A DNA stretch of 64,000 bases, taken from a virus. Both the position numbers and the translations under genes were made by a program. The stretch lies in IMG/VR virus record IMGVR_UViG_3300033148_006102, positions 64,001-128,000 of that record. The stretch is one strand, 5' to 3'. Below, piece by piece: positions 1 through 8,208 of the stretch; the stretch's first letter is position 1; the number at the start of each line of letters is the position of its first letter. The notes below the pieces were generated by a model. That model saw only the letters and a program-made list of their open reading frames with translations, searched no databases and had not been told where the DNA came from.

Positions 1-1
1 T

Positions 2-1198
2 GATCCGACTACGAATTTACCCACATCAAGCCCAACCGGTGTATACAAGGCTGCCATTATTGATGTGCAGAATACGTATGCAGATTCGTTGCAGGTAGGC
101 GACCCGTATTTCTTCCACAAACTTGAAGTGGATGCGGACACTGTTGAGTCATACGAGTACAGTGTTCAGCGTGGTGATATGGTAGTTATCAGCACAAACG
201 GCGGCTCGGTTGATGACGGCCGATACACGGTGCTGAATGTAATCTTTGGTGTGTGGAAGTCCGGTGAGGCAAATACACATTTCTTGCTGCTTGACGGTGT
301 GTTCGCAGATACGGCTTTTGATGCAGTCACACCGAACAACGCGGATTTCACCAAACACGAATATACGATTGAGTCATCTGTGCGAGTGGATGAGTTTCAT
401 GTGGGTGGCAAGGCCGACATCTACGTAAATTCTACGAATATTTCAGAGCAGGTGATTCAGATCCCACAGGTGACTACTGTGACAGGTTCGTCGCCGGCGC
501 GGATGATTGATATACCGATATCTGCTATCCCTGTGACGTATTCAGATGTGGGCGCCACTACGTTGGGCAGCACGTCGCTGTATGAGGACTCACAGACATT
601 CCTGTTACCGTTTCTGGACATCGTGTCGATCGAGGTTATTGACTTTTCGAATGCAGCTTTGGTATTGCGTACGCTGGATCGCGGAGCAGACTATACGTTC
701 ATTACTCGCAATCCGGATACTCGATTCACTGAGCAGGAAGATTCGTTCATTCGTTTACTGGACGATTCATTGGCGACCAGTGGTGCACGACTCAAGATTA
801 CGTATCAGACGAACTCAGATATTCCGACGATTCAGGCTTTTGTGTCAGATCCGGAGAATCGTGACACGACCGCGGATCTGCTTGTGCGCAGCGTGAAACC
901 TATCCAGGTTGATTTCCTCATGTCGTATGCGGGCACGCCGACTATTGATGAAGTGACAGGATTACTCGAGGCATACGTTGAATCACGGCCGCAAGGTGGA
1001 ACGATTCGTGCTAGTGATGTGGTAGCTTTCCTGCAAGTTTTTGGAGTCACGTCTGTTACGTTGCCGCTCACAATGACCGCGGTATCGTTCGCTGACGACG
1101 GTAGTATTGAAAGCCAGGTAAGTACAAATAGCATATCTATTGGCGTCCGCGAGATTTTCCAGTTGAGCGCGTCTCAGCAGATCACTAAGCTCGAATAG
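2..1198 (+). CDS. Baseplate wedge (J/gp6-like) protein, 5'-truncated
   Basis: Frame is open from base 2. The C-terminus (IQAFVSDPENRDTTADLLVR...LEAYVESRPQGGTIRASDVV) resembles baseplate J-type C-termini; phage structural context. Confidence 0.5.
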   Translation, partial: DPTTNLPTSSPTGVYKAAIIDVQNTYADSLQVGDPYFFHKLEVDADTVESYEYSVQRGDMVVISTNGGSVDDGRYTVLNVIFGVWKSGEANTHFLLLDGVFADTAFDAVTPNNADFTKHEYTIESSVRVDEFHVGGKADIYVNSTNISEQVIQIPQVTTVTGSSPARMIDIPISAIPVTYSDVGATTLGSTSLYEDSQTFLLPFLDIVSIEVIDFSNAALVLRTLDRGADYTFITRNPDTRFTEQEDSFIRLLDDSLATSGARLKITYQTNSDIPTIQAFVSDPENRDTTADLLVRSVKPIQVDFLMSYAGTPTIDEVTGLLEAYVESRPQGGTIRASDVVAFLQVFGVTSVTLPLTMTAVSFADDGSIESQVSTNSISIGVREIFQLSASQQITKLE

Positions 1199-1267
1199 CG
1201 GCCGGCGCGCATTCTCGTCAATCGCTCGCAGCTTCTGGCAGGATCCGCCGGTCGCAGCCTTTCATCT

Positions 1268-1286
1268 GGGATGATGCCAAAATCCC
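1268..1286. promoter_or_regulatory. 19-bp palindromic motif copy (GGGATGAT-GCC-AAAATCCC)
   Basis: One mismatch per half-site to the consensus GGGAYTAT-N3-ATARTCCC seen at 21048, 33545, 44872 and 58703. Confidence 0.5.
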
Positions 1287-1454
1287 ATTGATATGCGGCA
1301 TAAGACTATGAGAATTTGGTTTCTATGTCCAACTATCCTGTTGATGTGAAACCGAGAGTAAAAACTTTACTGCAATGGGGGAGCCGCACCGCGGCTTTTT
1401 GACACAACGGAGCCGCGAGTACTGGCGAACGCTGTATTAGTCGGCTTCCTGGGC

Positions 1455-1904
1455 ATGGTGGTCTGCCGCAATTGGCTCAGTTTGCTCAACGCACAGACTC
1501 ATAAACCCGTGTACCCGTTTGTCCGTGACGTCTTAATGGCCTCGGACGGTTTGCCACAAGAAATTATTGATGACTGGGTTGAGGCCATTTCCTTTGAAGA
1601 GTTGTATTGTCCGGATGCACAGGCCTCGGGACATCTAATCGATAATCTTGGTGAGATTCCAGTCGATACACCATTGCGTAAATTCGAAGAGGCGCTGCAG
1701 CACCGACTACACACCGCTCGTCATAGCTTGGAATACGCAATGACGCATCTCACGTCCGAGGATGTTCGCAAGCTTACATGCGGTCTGTATGTTGAGCTCC
1801 GCAAGGACTACGACATTCATCAGTATTACATGCGACCACCGGAAGAAATAAACCCGGAAGAGGGGATGCCGTTGCCGCTTGGAACGTTGCCACCAGACTG
1901 GTAA
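1455..1904 (+). CDS. Hypothetical protein (possibly starts at 1325 via a +1 shift at TTT-TGA 1397-1402)
   Basis: 149-aa ORF. The upstream 25-codon ORF 1325-1402 joins it in frame if one T of the run 1396-1400 is skipped. Confidence 0.6.
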   Translation: MVVCRNWLSLLNAQTHKPVYPFVRDVLMASDGLPQEIIDDWVEAISFEELYCPDAQASGHLIDNLGEIPVDTPLRKFEEALQHRLHTARHSLEYAMTHLTSEDVRKLTCGLYVELRKDYDIHQYYMRPPEEINPEEGMPLPLGTLPPDW

Positions 1905-1923
1905 AAGTTTTTCACAAAATCTC

Positions 1924-1952
1924 TTGATTCTTGATGCTATCACAGATACCTT
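1924..1952 (+). promoter_or_regulatory. Sigma70-like promoter of the tRNA island
   Basis: TTGATT-17 bp-TACCTT; the same -10 hexamer occurs at 17989. Confidence 0.55.
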
Positions 1953-1966
1953 TACGTCTTACTGTA

Positions 1967-2107
1967 ATGGATAGCTTTTGCTACATGTTGCGGATGAGAC
2001 CAATGCGTTTGATAAGACAAGCCGAACCGAAAACGACACCAGTCACCCATAATATGGGTCGACAGGTGATTGATTTCGCGTGGAAGGATCCCGGCCGGTT
2101 TGCTTAA
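1967..2107 (+). CDS. Putative attenuator leader peptide MDSFCYMLRMRPMRLIRQAEPKTTPVTHNMGRQVIDFAWKDPGRFA
   Basis: 46 codons translated by hand; the last codons overlap an antiterminator strand (2090-2103). Confidence 0.55.
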   Translation: MDSFCYMLRMRPMRLIRQAEPKTTPVTHNMGRQVIDFAWKDPGRFA

Positions 2108-2129
2108 AAGACGCTGAACATAGTAGCGC

Positions 2130-2167
2130 AAACCGGCGGGAACTCAAAAGCCCGCCGGTTTCTTTTT
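2130..2167 (+). terminator. Intrinsic terminator with alternative antiterminator pairing
   Basis: AAACCGGCGGG/CCCGCCGGTTT 11-bp stem followed by CTTTTT; 2128-2140 can instead pair with 2090-2103. Confidence 0.8.
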
Positions 2168-2200
2168 GACAACTTTGTGATCACCGGGAGCAGCATTAGA

Positions 2201-2283
2201 TCAGGGCAACCTTCGGGGTGAAGGAGCGGGCTGTTAACCCGTCGTGAGAAATCACATGCTGGGTTCGACACCCAGGCCCTGAG
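2201..2283 (+). tRNA. tRNA-Asn(GTT), atypical: long variable arm, no encoded CCA
   Basis: TCAGGGC/GCCCTGA acceptor, G73, loop CT-GTT-AA, V-arm GTGA-GAAA-TCAC, T-loop TTCGACA; followed by CCC. Confidence 0.75.
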
Positions 2284-2286
2284 CCC

Positions 2287-2340
2287 TTGAACCCTCCTCG
2301 CAGAATGTTATAGTGTAGTTAACTTTTGTAAGGAGGGTTC
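2287..2340 (+). promoter_or_regulatory. Internal promoter inside an RBS-sequestering hairpin for the HNH gene
   Basis: TTGAAC-16-TATAGT with an extended TG; inverted repeat GAACCCTCCT (2289-98)/AGGAGGGTTC (2331-40) covers the AGGAGG SD. Confidence 0.55.
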
Positions 2341-2342
2341 GA

Positions 2343-2888
2343 ATGGGAACATCGCAGCATGTTAAAGATTGGCGGGCGCGAACAAAGGCACGGATGGTCG
2401 CGGCAATGGGAGGCGCATGTGTTTGTTGTGGTTACGACACGTACGAGGGAGCGCTGCTTTTTCATCATCGAGATCCGAGCACGAAAGATTTTTCGTTGAG
2501 CGGAGTTCGAATGAATCCGAAGAAGTGGTCACGGATTGTCGAGGAACTGAGAAAATGTGTGCTCGTTTGTTGGAACTGCCATATCGAGTTACATGCGGGC
2601 TTACGAAACATACCTGTAGGTGCGGCGGGCTTTGATGAATCGTTTGCCGATTATCGGGCAGAACAACGGGCGAAACTTTTTGATACGTGTCCTGTTTGTG
2701 GGGATAGAAAACGTAAACGACGGAAGTACTGTTCCATCGCATGTAGCCATGAAAATAAAAAGCGTGTATCTGATGAACAATTACGCGCAATGGCAGAACA
2801 AGGAGCAAACTATTCGCAGATAGGACGCGAGTACGGGATTTCTGGAAATGCTGTGAAGAAACGACTGGAGAAATTAAACGGGGTGTAG
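2343..2888 (+). CDS. HNH endonuclease with C-terminal Zn-ribbon/HTH
   Basis: CVCCGY...LLFHHRDP...KCVLVCWNCHIELH; the stop codon lies inside tRNA-Pro. Confidence 0.8.
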   Translation: MGTSQHVKDWRARTKARMVAAMGGACVCCGYDTYEGALLFHHRDPSTKDFSLSGVRMNPKKWSRIVEELRKCVLVCWNCHIELHAGLRNIPVGAAGFDESFADYRAEQRAKLFDTCPVCGDRKRKRRKYCSIACSHENKKRVSDEQLRAMAEQGANYSQIGREYGISGNAVKKRLEKLNGV

Positions 2889-2953
2889 TTCAGAGGAAGA
2901 ACGCCGTGTTTGGGACGCGGAGGCCGGGATTTCAAAATTCCCCACCCCGACCA
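2879..2953 (+). tRNA. tRNA-Pro(TGG)
   Basis: CGGGGTG/CACCCCG-A-CCA; loop TT-TGG-GA. Confidence 0.92.
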
Positions 2954-2962
2954 CTTGAGGAT

Positions 2963-3040
2963 GCCTAGCGAGGCCGAAGTAGTCGAGGCACTTGGTTGTG
3001 GTCCAAGGGGAAGTGGGCGCAAGTCCCATCGCTAGGCCCA
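2963..3040 (+). tRNA. tRNA-His(GTG)
   Basis: Encoded G-1:C73, CCTAGCG/CGCTAGG, loop TT-GTG-GT, CCA. Confidence 0.9.
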
Positions 3041-3050
3041 GATTGAAAGA

Positions 3051-3124
3051 GCGCCTGTAGTTCAATGGAAGAATGACAGCCTTCCAAGCTGTAGACGAGG
3101 GATCGATACCCTCCAGGCGCTCCA
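3051..3124 (+). tRNA. tRNA-Gly(TCC)
   Basis: GCGCCTG/CAGGCGC-T-CCA; loop CT-TCC-AA. Confidence 0.92.
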
Positions 3125-3158
3125 GCTCTTTGACATCTGAAACGGCCAAACAAAAAAC

Positions 3159-3228
3159 GGGCGTAGATACAGGCTCGATGCCTGTCCTTTCCCGGTTGGG
3201 TAAGGTAGCTTAACGCAAAGCGACGCCC
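3159..3228 (+). ncRNA. Circularly permuted tRNA-like RNA (closed acceptor, no anticodon loop)
   Basis: GGGCGT..ACGCCC outer stem enclosing a T-arm, an acceptor capped by GGTT, TA and a D-arm. Confidence 0.65.
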
Positions 3229-3233
3229 TTTTC

Positions 3234-3307
3234 GCCGCTCTAGCTCAAGGGCAGAGCGCCACTCTCGTAAAGTGGAGATCCCAGTTCGACTCTGGGGAGC
3301 GGCTCCA
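3234..3307 (+). tRNA. tRNA-Thr(CGT)
   Basis: GCCGCTC/GAGCGGC-T-CCA; loop CT-CGT-AA. Confidence 0.92.
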
Positions 3308-3333
3308 AATTTCTTTTACATGAAAGGATAATT

Positions 3334-3522
3334 GTGGATTTGGTGACGAAAGAAGACGTAAACATCGACTTCGCAGAGGAAACAGAATTTCAGCTGCAGC
3401 TACTCGACCACCGCGTTGCGCCTACGTTGGTCGTCAAGCGCGGTGGTGACATCGTCCTGATCAAGATTTCGAAGGCCAAGGCCGAAGAGCTCTTGAAACT
3501 GGACATTACGGTAGAGGGATAG
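3334..3522 (+). CDS. Small hypothetical protein
   Basis: GAAAGGA SD, GTG start; the last base of TAG is +1 of tRNA-Thr(GGT). Confidence 0.65.
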   Translation: MDLVTKEDVNIDFAEETEFQLQLLDHRVAPTLVVKRGGDIVLIKISKAKAEELLKLDITVEG

Positions 3523-3595
3523 CCACTATAGCTCAAGGGAAGAGCACTCGCTTGGTACGCGGGCGATCTCAGTTCGACTCTGAGTAGTGGCTCCA
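3522..3595 (+). tRNA. tRNA-Thr(GGT)
   Basis: GCCACTA/TAGTGGC-T-CCA; loop TT-GGT-AC. Confidence 0.9.
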
Positions 3596-3615
3596 CATCA
3601 TTATGAAAGGGATCG

Positions 3616-4152
3616 ATGATTGAACGTGAGCGGGAAATTGAAGAACGTTTCTTGTTAACACAAATGACCAGCGAAGTTGGCAAAACGATGGCGACGCACA
3701 TAACAGTAGGAGCCATTCAAACGGTCGAACAGCTGAAGGAACAGTTTTGCGAATACGTAGACTCGTGTTATGCAAATTTTCGCTCAAAGATAGGAGTACG
3801 CCAGCGTAGCTCAACGGCAGAGCTTTCGACTTGTAATCGGAAAGACGTCGGTTCGAATCCGACCGCTGGCTCCAAACTTGAAAAGGACGGAGTGGAATAC
3901 AAGGTTGGCGATCGCGTCATCATGGCCGGTCGCGGAATAAACGAGATAGTAGAACTTCCGAATCCGCCCGAAAAGACCACAATCACCCTGCTGTCACCGA
4001 GTGGTCAGGTATGGTGGGCCGGAGTTGAAGACATTGTGCGATTCCCTGAGAAAGAGTATTACGATCAGTTTATAGCAGATTCGGAAAGACTTGATCTTTG
4101 GGGTGTACCCGCTTTGTACAGATGGCGGGACGAAACATATCCGGAAACGTAG
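3616..4152 (+). CDS. Hypothetical ORF reading through tRNA-Thr(TGT); second in-frame SD+GTG at 3892
   Basis: SD GAAAGGG before 3616 and AAAAGGA before 3892; stop TAG equals tRNA-Phe positions 8-10. Confidence 0.55.
   Translation: MIEREREIEERFLLTQMTSEVGKTMATHITVGAIQTVEQLKEQFCEYVDSCYANFRSKIGVRQRSSTAELSTCNRKDVGSNPTAGSKLEKDGVEYKVGDRVIMAGRGINEIVELPNPPEKTTITLLSPSGQVWWAGVEDIVRFPEKEYYDQFIADSERLDLWGVPALYRWRDETYPET
3800..3874 (+). tRNA. tRNA-Thr(TGT)
   Basis: GCCAGCG/CGCTGGC-T-CCA; loop CT-TGT-AA. Confidence 0.93.
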
Positions 4153-4221
4153 CTCAGTTTTGGTAGAGCACCGGCCTGAAGAGTCGGGTTGTCGCCGGTT
4201 CGATTCCGACCGGTTCCACCA
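4143..4221 (+). tRNA. tRNA-Phe(GAA)
   Basis: GGAAACG/CGGTTCC-A-CCA (one mismatch); loop CT-GAA-GA; one T-stem mismatch. Confidence 0.85.
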
Positions 4222-4232
4222 ACTTCCGACAT

Positions 4233-4274
4233 GGACAGTTTTCCCGCTATATTGATGTAGAGGGAAAACTGTCC
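4233..4274. repeat. 13-bp perfect inverted repeat (terminator or promoter hairpin)
   Basis: GGACAGTTTTCCC/GGGAAAACTGTCC with loop GCTATATTGATGTAGA. Confidence 0.7.
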
Positions 4275-4292
4275 TTTGTTCGGGAGAATAAC

Positions 4293-6821
4293 ATGCCTGA
4301 TGCTGATCTCAGCCTGATCCTGAAGGGAAGTCGTGAAGTACATACGGCTTACCAAATCCAGATCATTTACGACGGCTTGAATGCGACACAACAAACTGCT
4401 GCAGCCACGCTGTTGGCAGAATACGGCATAAATGCCACAAATATCACGGCGACGAGTGCGCCGTTGGATGATATCGAACGCGCTCTGCAAACTATGTTGG
4501 CGACATTTATGGGAACTGCAGCTACAGGCTCAGGACCAGGTGTCGCTGACTTGGCGGCCTTGAAAGCGATCATTGCAGGTGATCGTACAGACAAGGACGT
4601 GCGGCTAGTCGAATCAGTAGGGTTAACCTATCGTTTCGATGCTGACAGCATTGTGGATCCTACAACAGATCCTGACATTGAAATTCCGGATGACGTTACG
4701 CATCCAGCCCCAGGTCGCTGGTATCTGGTTGAACTGGATGAAGCTGACGAAATTCTGTACGTCAACACAGCGAGTTGGCTGACGGCCACGCATATGCAAG
4801 CGGCTGTCGACGAATTGGCACCGGTGATGCATTCGCCAGTTGCAGATATTGCTGGATTGACGGCGATTGTCGCAGCTTCGCGTGCAGACAGGATGCTGGC
4901 CTTTGTTGATGATCAGAATCGTTTGTATAGTTTTGATGCTGCGGATACGACAGATCCGACTACGCGCACAGACATGGAAATTCCTGATGACGTGACGCAC
5001 CCAGCGCCAGGTCGTTGGATTCGAATGGCGTATCATGCATCTGAGCATGAAAACGGCGGTGTTGATGAGATCAGTGTTGCCGGTCTTAGTGGCCTCTTAG
5101 CAGATGACCAGAATCCGGTTAATCACGCAACTGATCACCAGCATGGCGGCAGCGATGAAGTCGCAACTGCCACACCTGGCGCCAACGCTATTCCGAAGGC
5201 AGACGCATCTGGCTTGCTTGATGGCTGGATCACACAGGCTTGGGACGCGATCGTCGTGGGCACTAACACGGCGGCTACGGATAAGACCAATATTGATGCG
5301 GCTATCTCAGCTGTATCTGCTGGGTCAGGCGATCGTAAGACCATCCTGTTGATGGGACGGTTTGCACTCGGTGCTAATGTGTTCGCGGCAGCGGATTACA
5401 TTACTTTCAATGCTGAGCAAGCATATTTCCGCAAGACTGCAGACAACGCTGGTACGATTTACTTCACCGGTACTGAAATGGTTATGCTCGGCGGTTTTGT
5501 CGAGAACGCCGGTTCATCGTCTAGCGGTGGTTTCTTTGGTGGTCATAAGTGGGAAGGCGGCTTTGTTCTTAGCTGGCCAGCCGCAACACTTATTTCAACT
5601 TCGCAGACCTATGCGCAGTTATCATACCGCGCACAGAGCGGCCTGCCTGTTTCGATATCTGGGGCGGGTTCACAGATTACCGCGAATTATGTAAACGGCG
5701 CAACAGCACCAACCAATAGTTCTTGGGATGTCGCCGCTTCGTCTGGAACGATCACACTTTCTGGCGATAACGTTAATTATCGTAATGGTGGAGGCGGCCC
5801 AGCTGTTGTGGTTTCAGGCTCGGGATCATACTGGCGTGGTAGAGCAAGTGGCGGTATTACAGTAACAGGTACGTATTCGCATGTTGAGGTACCGAACGGT
5901 GCTGCGACATGTAGCGTTACGCAATCTGGCCAAGAAAGCTTTGTAGACGTTCGAGCATCAACTGGCGCAATAGCGCTGAGTGGTATCAATATCACAACGC
6001 GCATCCAATACACTGGTTCCACAGTGTCATCTTTCACGAATACCGCGTCGGATTCAGATATTTTGGTTCGCATGCGTTACCTCGGTAATGCAGTAAATAT
6101 CGCGTTGGGTACAAGAAACACGTACTCGCTGCTCGTGCGGGATACAGCTGGTGGTACAGCTGATACTCTAACGCTGTTATCAGGTACGGACTGTCCAGAA
6201 GCTAAGATTCAGACAGTTCAGCCGACAGTTGATATCGGTGGCGCATCTTTGACAGGCTGCTCCATGACGGTGATGGCTACTGCAGCAGGCGCAGCGGTAA
6301 CAGCCAAGAATGGCTCAGTCGGTAACACGATTGACATTTATTGCGATACGCAGCCGACAGTCGAGGCAGACGCGGCACTTGAGAACACAATTCGTTGGTA
6401 CGACACTTCTGCCCGCGGTATCCTTCGGATGGCGTGGGAGAAGGGTCGCCTGTACCAGACCAAGGAAGAGCTCATCGACTTTGGTGGTACCGGTGCGAAG
6501 AACACGACTATTCAGGTCGACGCGAACGAATGGTGCGAAGGTGTACCGTTGGTTATCGAAACCATTGTTGCGGGTACAAACCCAGGAGCACCGACACAGG
6601 TTGTACCGACTTGGAATGCTGGCGGTATGACAGATCCAACACCGATTGCAGGTGTTGCGGTCAATACGAAGAGTACAGCAGATCTCTTCGAACAGTCTGC
6701 AGCAGCAGCTACTTTGAATCTTGATCCACAGACCGGCGGTGCAGCCTCTGTGGTTGATGCGACCGGCAAGGTGCGGGTCCGTTTCACAACCATCAGGAAT
6801 CTGGCAATGCCGGACGAATAA
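4293..6821 (+). CDS. Large virion/tail-fibre-like protein with beta-rich C-terminal half
   Basis: 842 aa; duplicated EIPDDVTHPAPGRW module, two HxxxHxxGGxDE motifs, G/S/T-rich beta-strand region. Confidence 0.55.
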   Translation: MPDADLSLILKGSREVHTAYQIQIIYDGLNATQQTAAATLLAEYGINATNITATSAPLDDIERALQTMLATFMGTAATGSGPGVADLAALKAIIAGDRTDKDVRLVESVGLTYRFDADSIVDPTTDPDIEIPDDVTHPAPGRWYLVELDEADEILYVNTASWLTATHMQAAVDELAPVMHSPVADIAGLTAIVAASRADRMLAFVDDQNRLYSFDAADTTDPTTRTDMEIPDDVTHPAPGRWIRMAYHASEHENGGVDEISVAGLSGLLADDQNPVNHATDHQHGGSDEVATATPGANAIPKADASGLLDGWITQAWDAIVVGTNTAATDKTNIDAAISAVSAGSGDRKTILLMGRFALGANVFAAADYITFNAEQAYFRKTADNAGTIYFTGTEMVMLGGFVENAGSSSSGGFFGGHKWEGGFVLSWPAATLISTSQTYAQLSYRAQSGLPVSISGAGSQITANYVNGATAPTNSSWDVAASSGTITLSGDNVNYRNGGGGPAVVVSGSGSYWRGRASGGITVTGTYSHVEVPNGAATCSVTQSGQESFVDVRASTGAIALSGINITTRIQYTGSTVSSFTNTASDSDILVRMRYLGNAVNIALGTRNTYSLLVRDTAGGTADTLTLLSGTDCPEAKIQTVQPTVDIGGASLTGCSMTVMATAAGAAVTAKNGSVGNTIDIYCDTQPTVEADAALENTIRWYDTSARGILRMAWEKGRLYQTKEELIDFGGTGAKNTTIQVDANEWCEGVPLVIETIVAGTNPGAPTQVVPTWNAGGMTDPTPIAGVAVNTKSTADLFEQSAAAATLNLDPQTGGAASVVDATGKVRVRFTTIRNLAMPDE

Positions 6822-6834
6822 TAGAGGATGAACG

Positions 6835-7080
6835 ATGGCAGTAACAAGAGATGATGTGGTCACGAAGTTTGACGCACTTCCTGACACCGGTACCATTCGC
6901 GCCCTCGGTTCGGACTACAACATTGTCTGTACCAAGGACGAGGAAACGCCGGCGAACCCTCCGCTGATCGTGGCGGTACAACCACTTGATGGCAGCACGC
7001 ATGTCTTTCTTCAGCATCAGAATGATGATACGCCAGAACCATATGTCGAAGGACCTTGGGAGGCGTTAATTACAGCGTAA
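6835..7080 (+). CDS. Hypothetical protein
   Basis: 81 aa with GAGGA SD. Confidence 0.6.
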   Translation: MAVTRDDVVTKFDALPDTGTIRALGSDYNIVCTKDEETPANPPLIVAVQPLDGSTHVFLQHQNDDTPEPYVEGPWEALITA

Positions 7081-7630
7081 TGAATTCATTCTTTACTGCG
7101 GATCTCCATTTGGATCACGCGAAGATACTACGGCCGGACTTTTGTGCCCGGCCGTATTCTTGTGTAGAGGAAATGAATGAGGCGTTGATCGCGAATTGGA
7201 ACGACCGCGTTACCAAACATGACCAGATATACATACTTGGCGACGTTTCATGGGAGAAACGCGCGATAGAGCATGTACAACGATTAAATGGTCAGAAGTT
7301 TTGATCATAGGTAATCATGATCGAAAGCTACTACCAAAGTACAAGAAGTCAGGCCTATTCCAGTGGGTAAAACCGCTGCACGAAATCAAGGTCGACGACC
7401 AGAAGATTGTGCTTTGTCATTACTCCATGCGCACATGGAATCGTATGCAGCACGGATCCTGGCATTTATTCGGCCATAGTCACGGAACGCTCCCGCCGCA
7501 TGGTAAGTCATTCGATGTAGGCGTGGACTGTTGGAACTATGCGCCGGTCTCATATGAAGAAGTAAAACAAAAGATGGACACACTCGAGATAATATCAGTT
7601 GATCACCACAGACCAAAAGAAGGAGAATAA
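7080..7630 (+). pseudogene. Calcineurin-like metallophosphoesterase split by a 1-nt frameshift near 7300
   Basis: ADLHLDH, YILGDV, GNHD and HLFGHSHG motifs are split over two frames; adding one T at AAGTTTTGA restores KFLIIGNHD. Confidence 0.75.
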
Positions 7631-7631
7631 C

Positions 7632-8021
7632 TTGGCAATAAAACTGAACCAATTTCAAAACGGTCGACAGCGAGAGCATACTGTATCGATTCGCACTATC
7701 ATGGAACGTGCATTGGCGCGGACCGAAGATCAAACGCCTTTTCTAAGGGGTGTGCTGTTGTTAGATAAAGAATGGCGACAGATCTGTACAAAGCTGGACT
7801 ACATTGATGCTGCGCTAGCAGCGGCGGAACGCTACGAAGCTTCACTCAATGATAGCAGTCAAACGGCGGAAGATATGATGTTTGAAGCTTTGCGCGAACG
7901 TCTACCCAGCGATGTTGTCGACATGATGGAGTCGGTCACGCCATTCCGCAAGGATGGCAGTACACCGGCAGTTGAGGCAGTTGAGAAACTGGGAAAGTTT
8001 GTAGACAATGCGAAGCTTTAA
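7632..8021 (+). CDS. Hypothetical protein
   Basis: AAGGAGA SD and TTG start within ORF-track 7599-8021. Confidence 0.6.
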   Translation: MAIKLNQFQNGRQREHTVSIRTIMERALARTEDQTPFLRGVLLLDKEWRQICTKLDYIDAALAAAERYEASLNDSSQTAEDMMFEALRERLPSDVVDMMESVTPFRKDGSTPAVEAVEKLGKFVDNAKL

Positions 8022-8208
8022 GCAATGTGTTGAAGAATACAAACAAAATCATGCCTGTTTTTGCCTATATTGCGGTCACGACGAGCTGATAGTTCAAGAG
8101 CGATCTGGTCCTAAGATCGAGATGAAACAGCTTGTGACGTGCCCCAAGTGCAAGAGGGCCTGGTGGGAATACTGGGGCTTGATCAGTGTTGAAGAAGCGC
8201 TAGCATGA
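8008..8208 (+). CDS. Small Zn-ribbon protein
   Basis: CLYC...CPKC. Confidence 0.6.
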   Translation: MRSFKQCVEEYKQNHACFCLYCGHDELIVQERSGPKIEMKQLVTCPKCKRAWWEYWGLISVEEALA

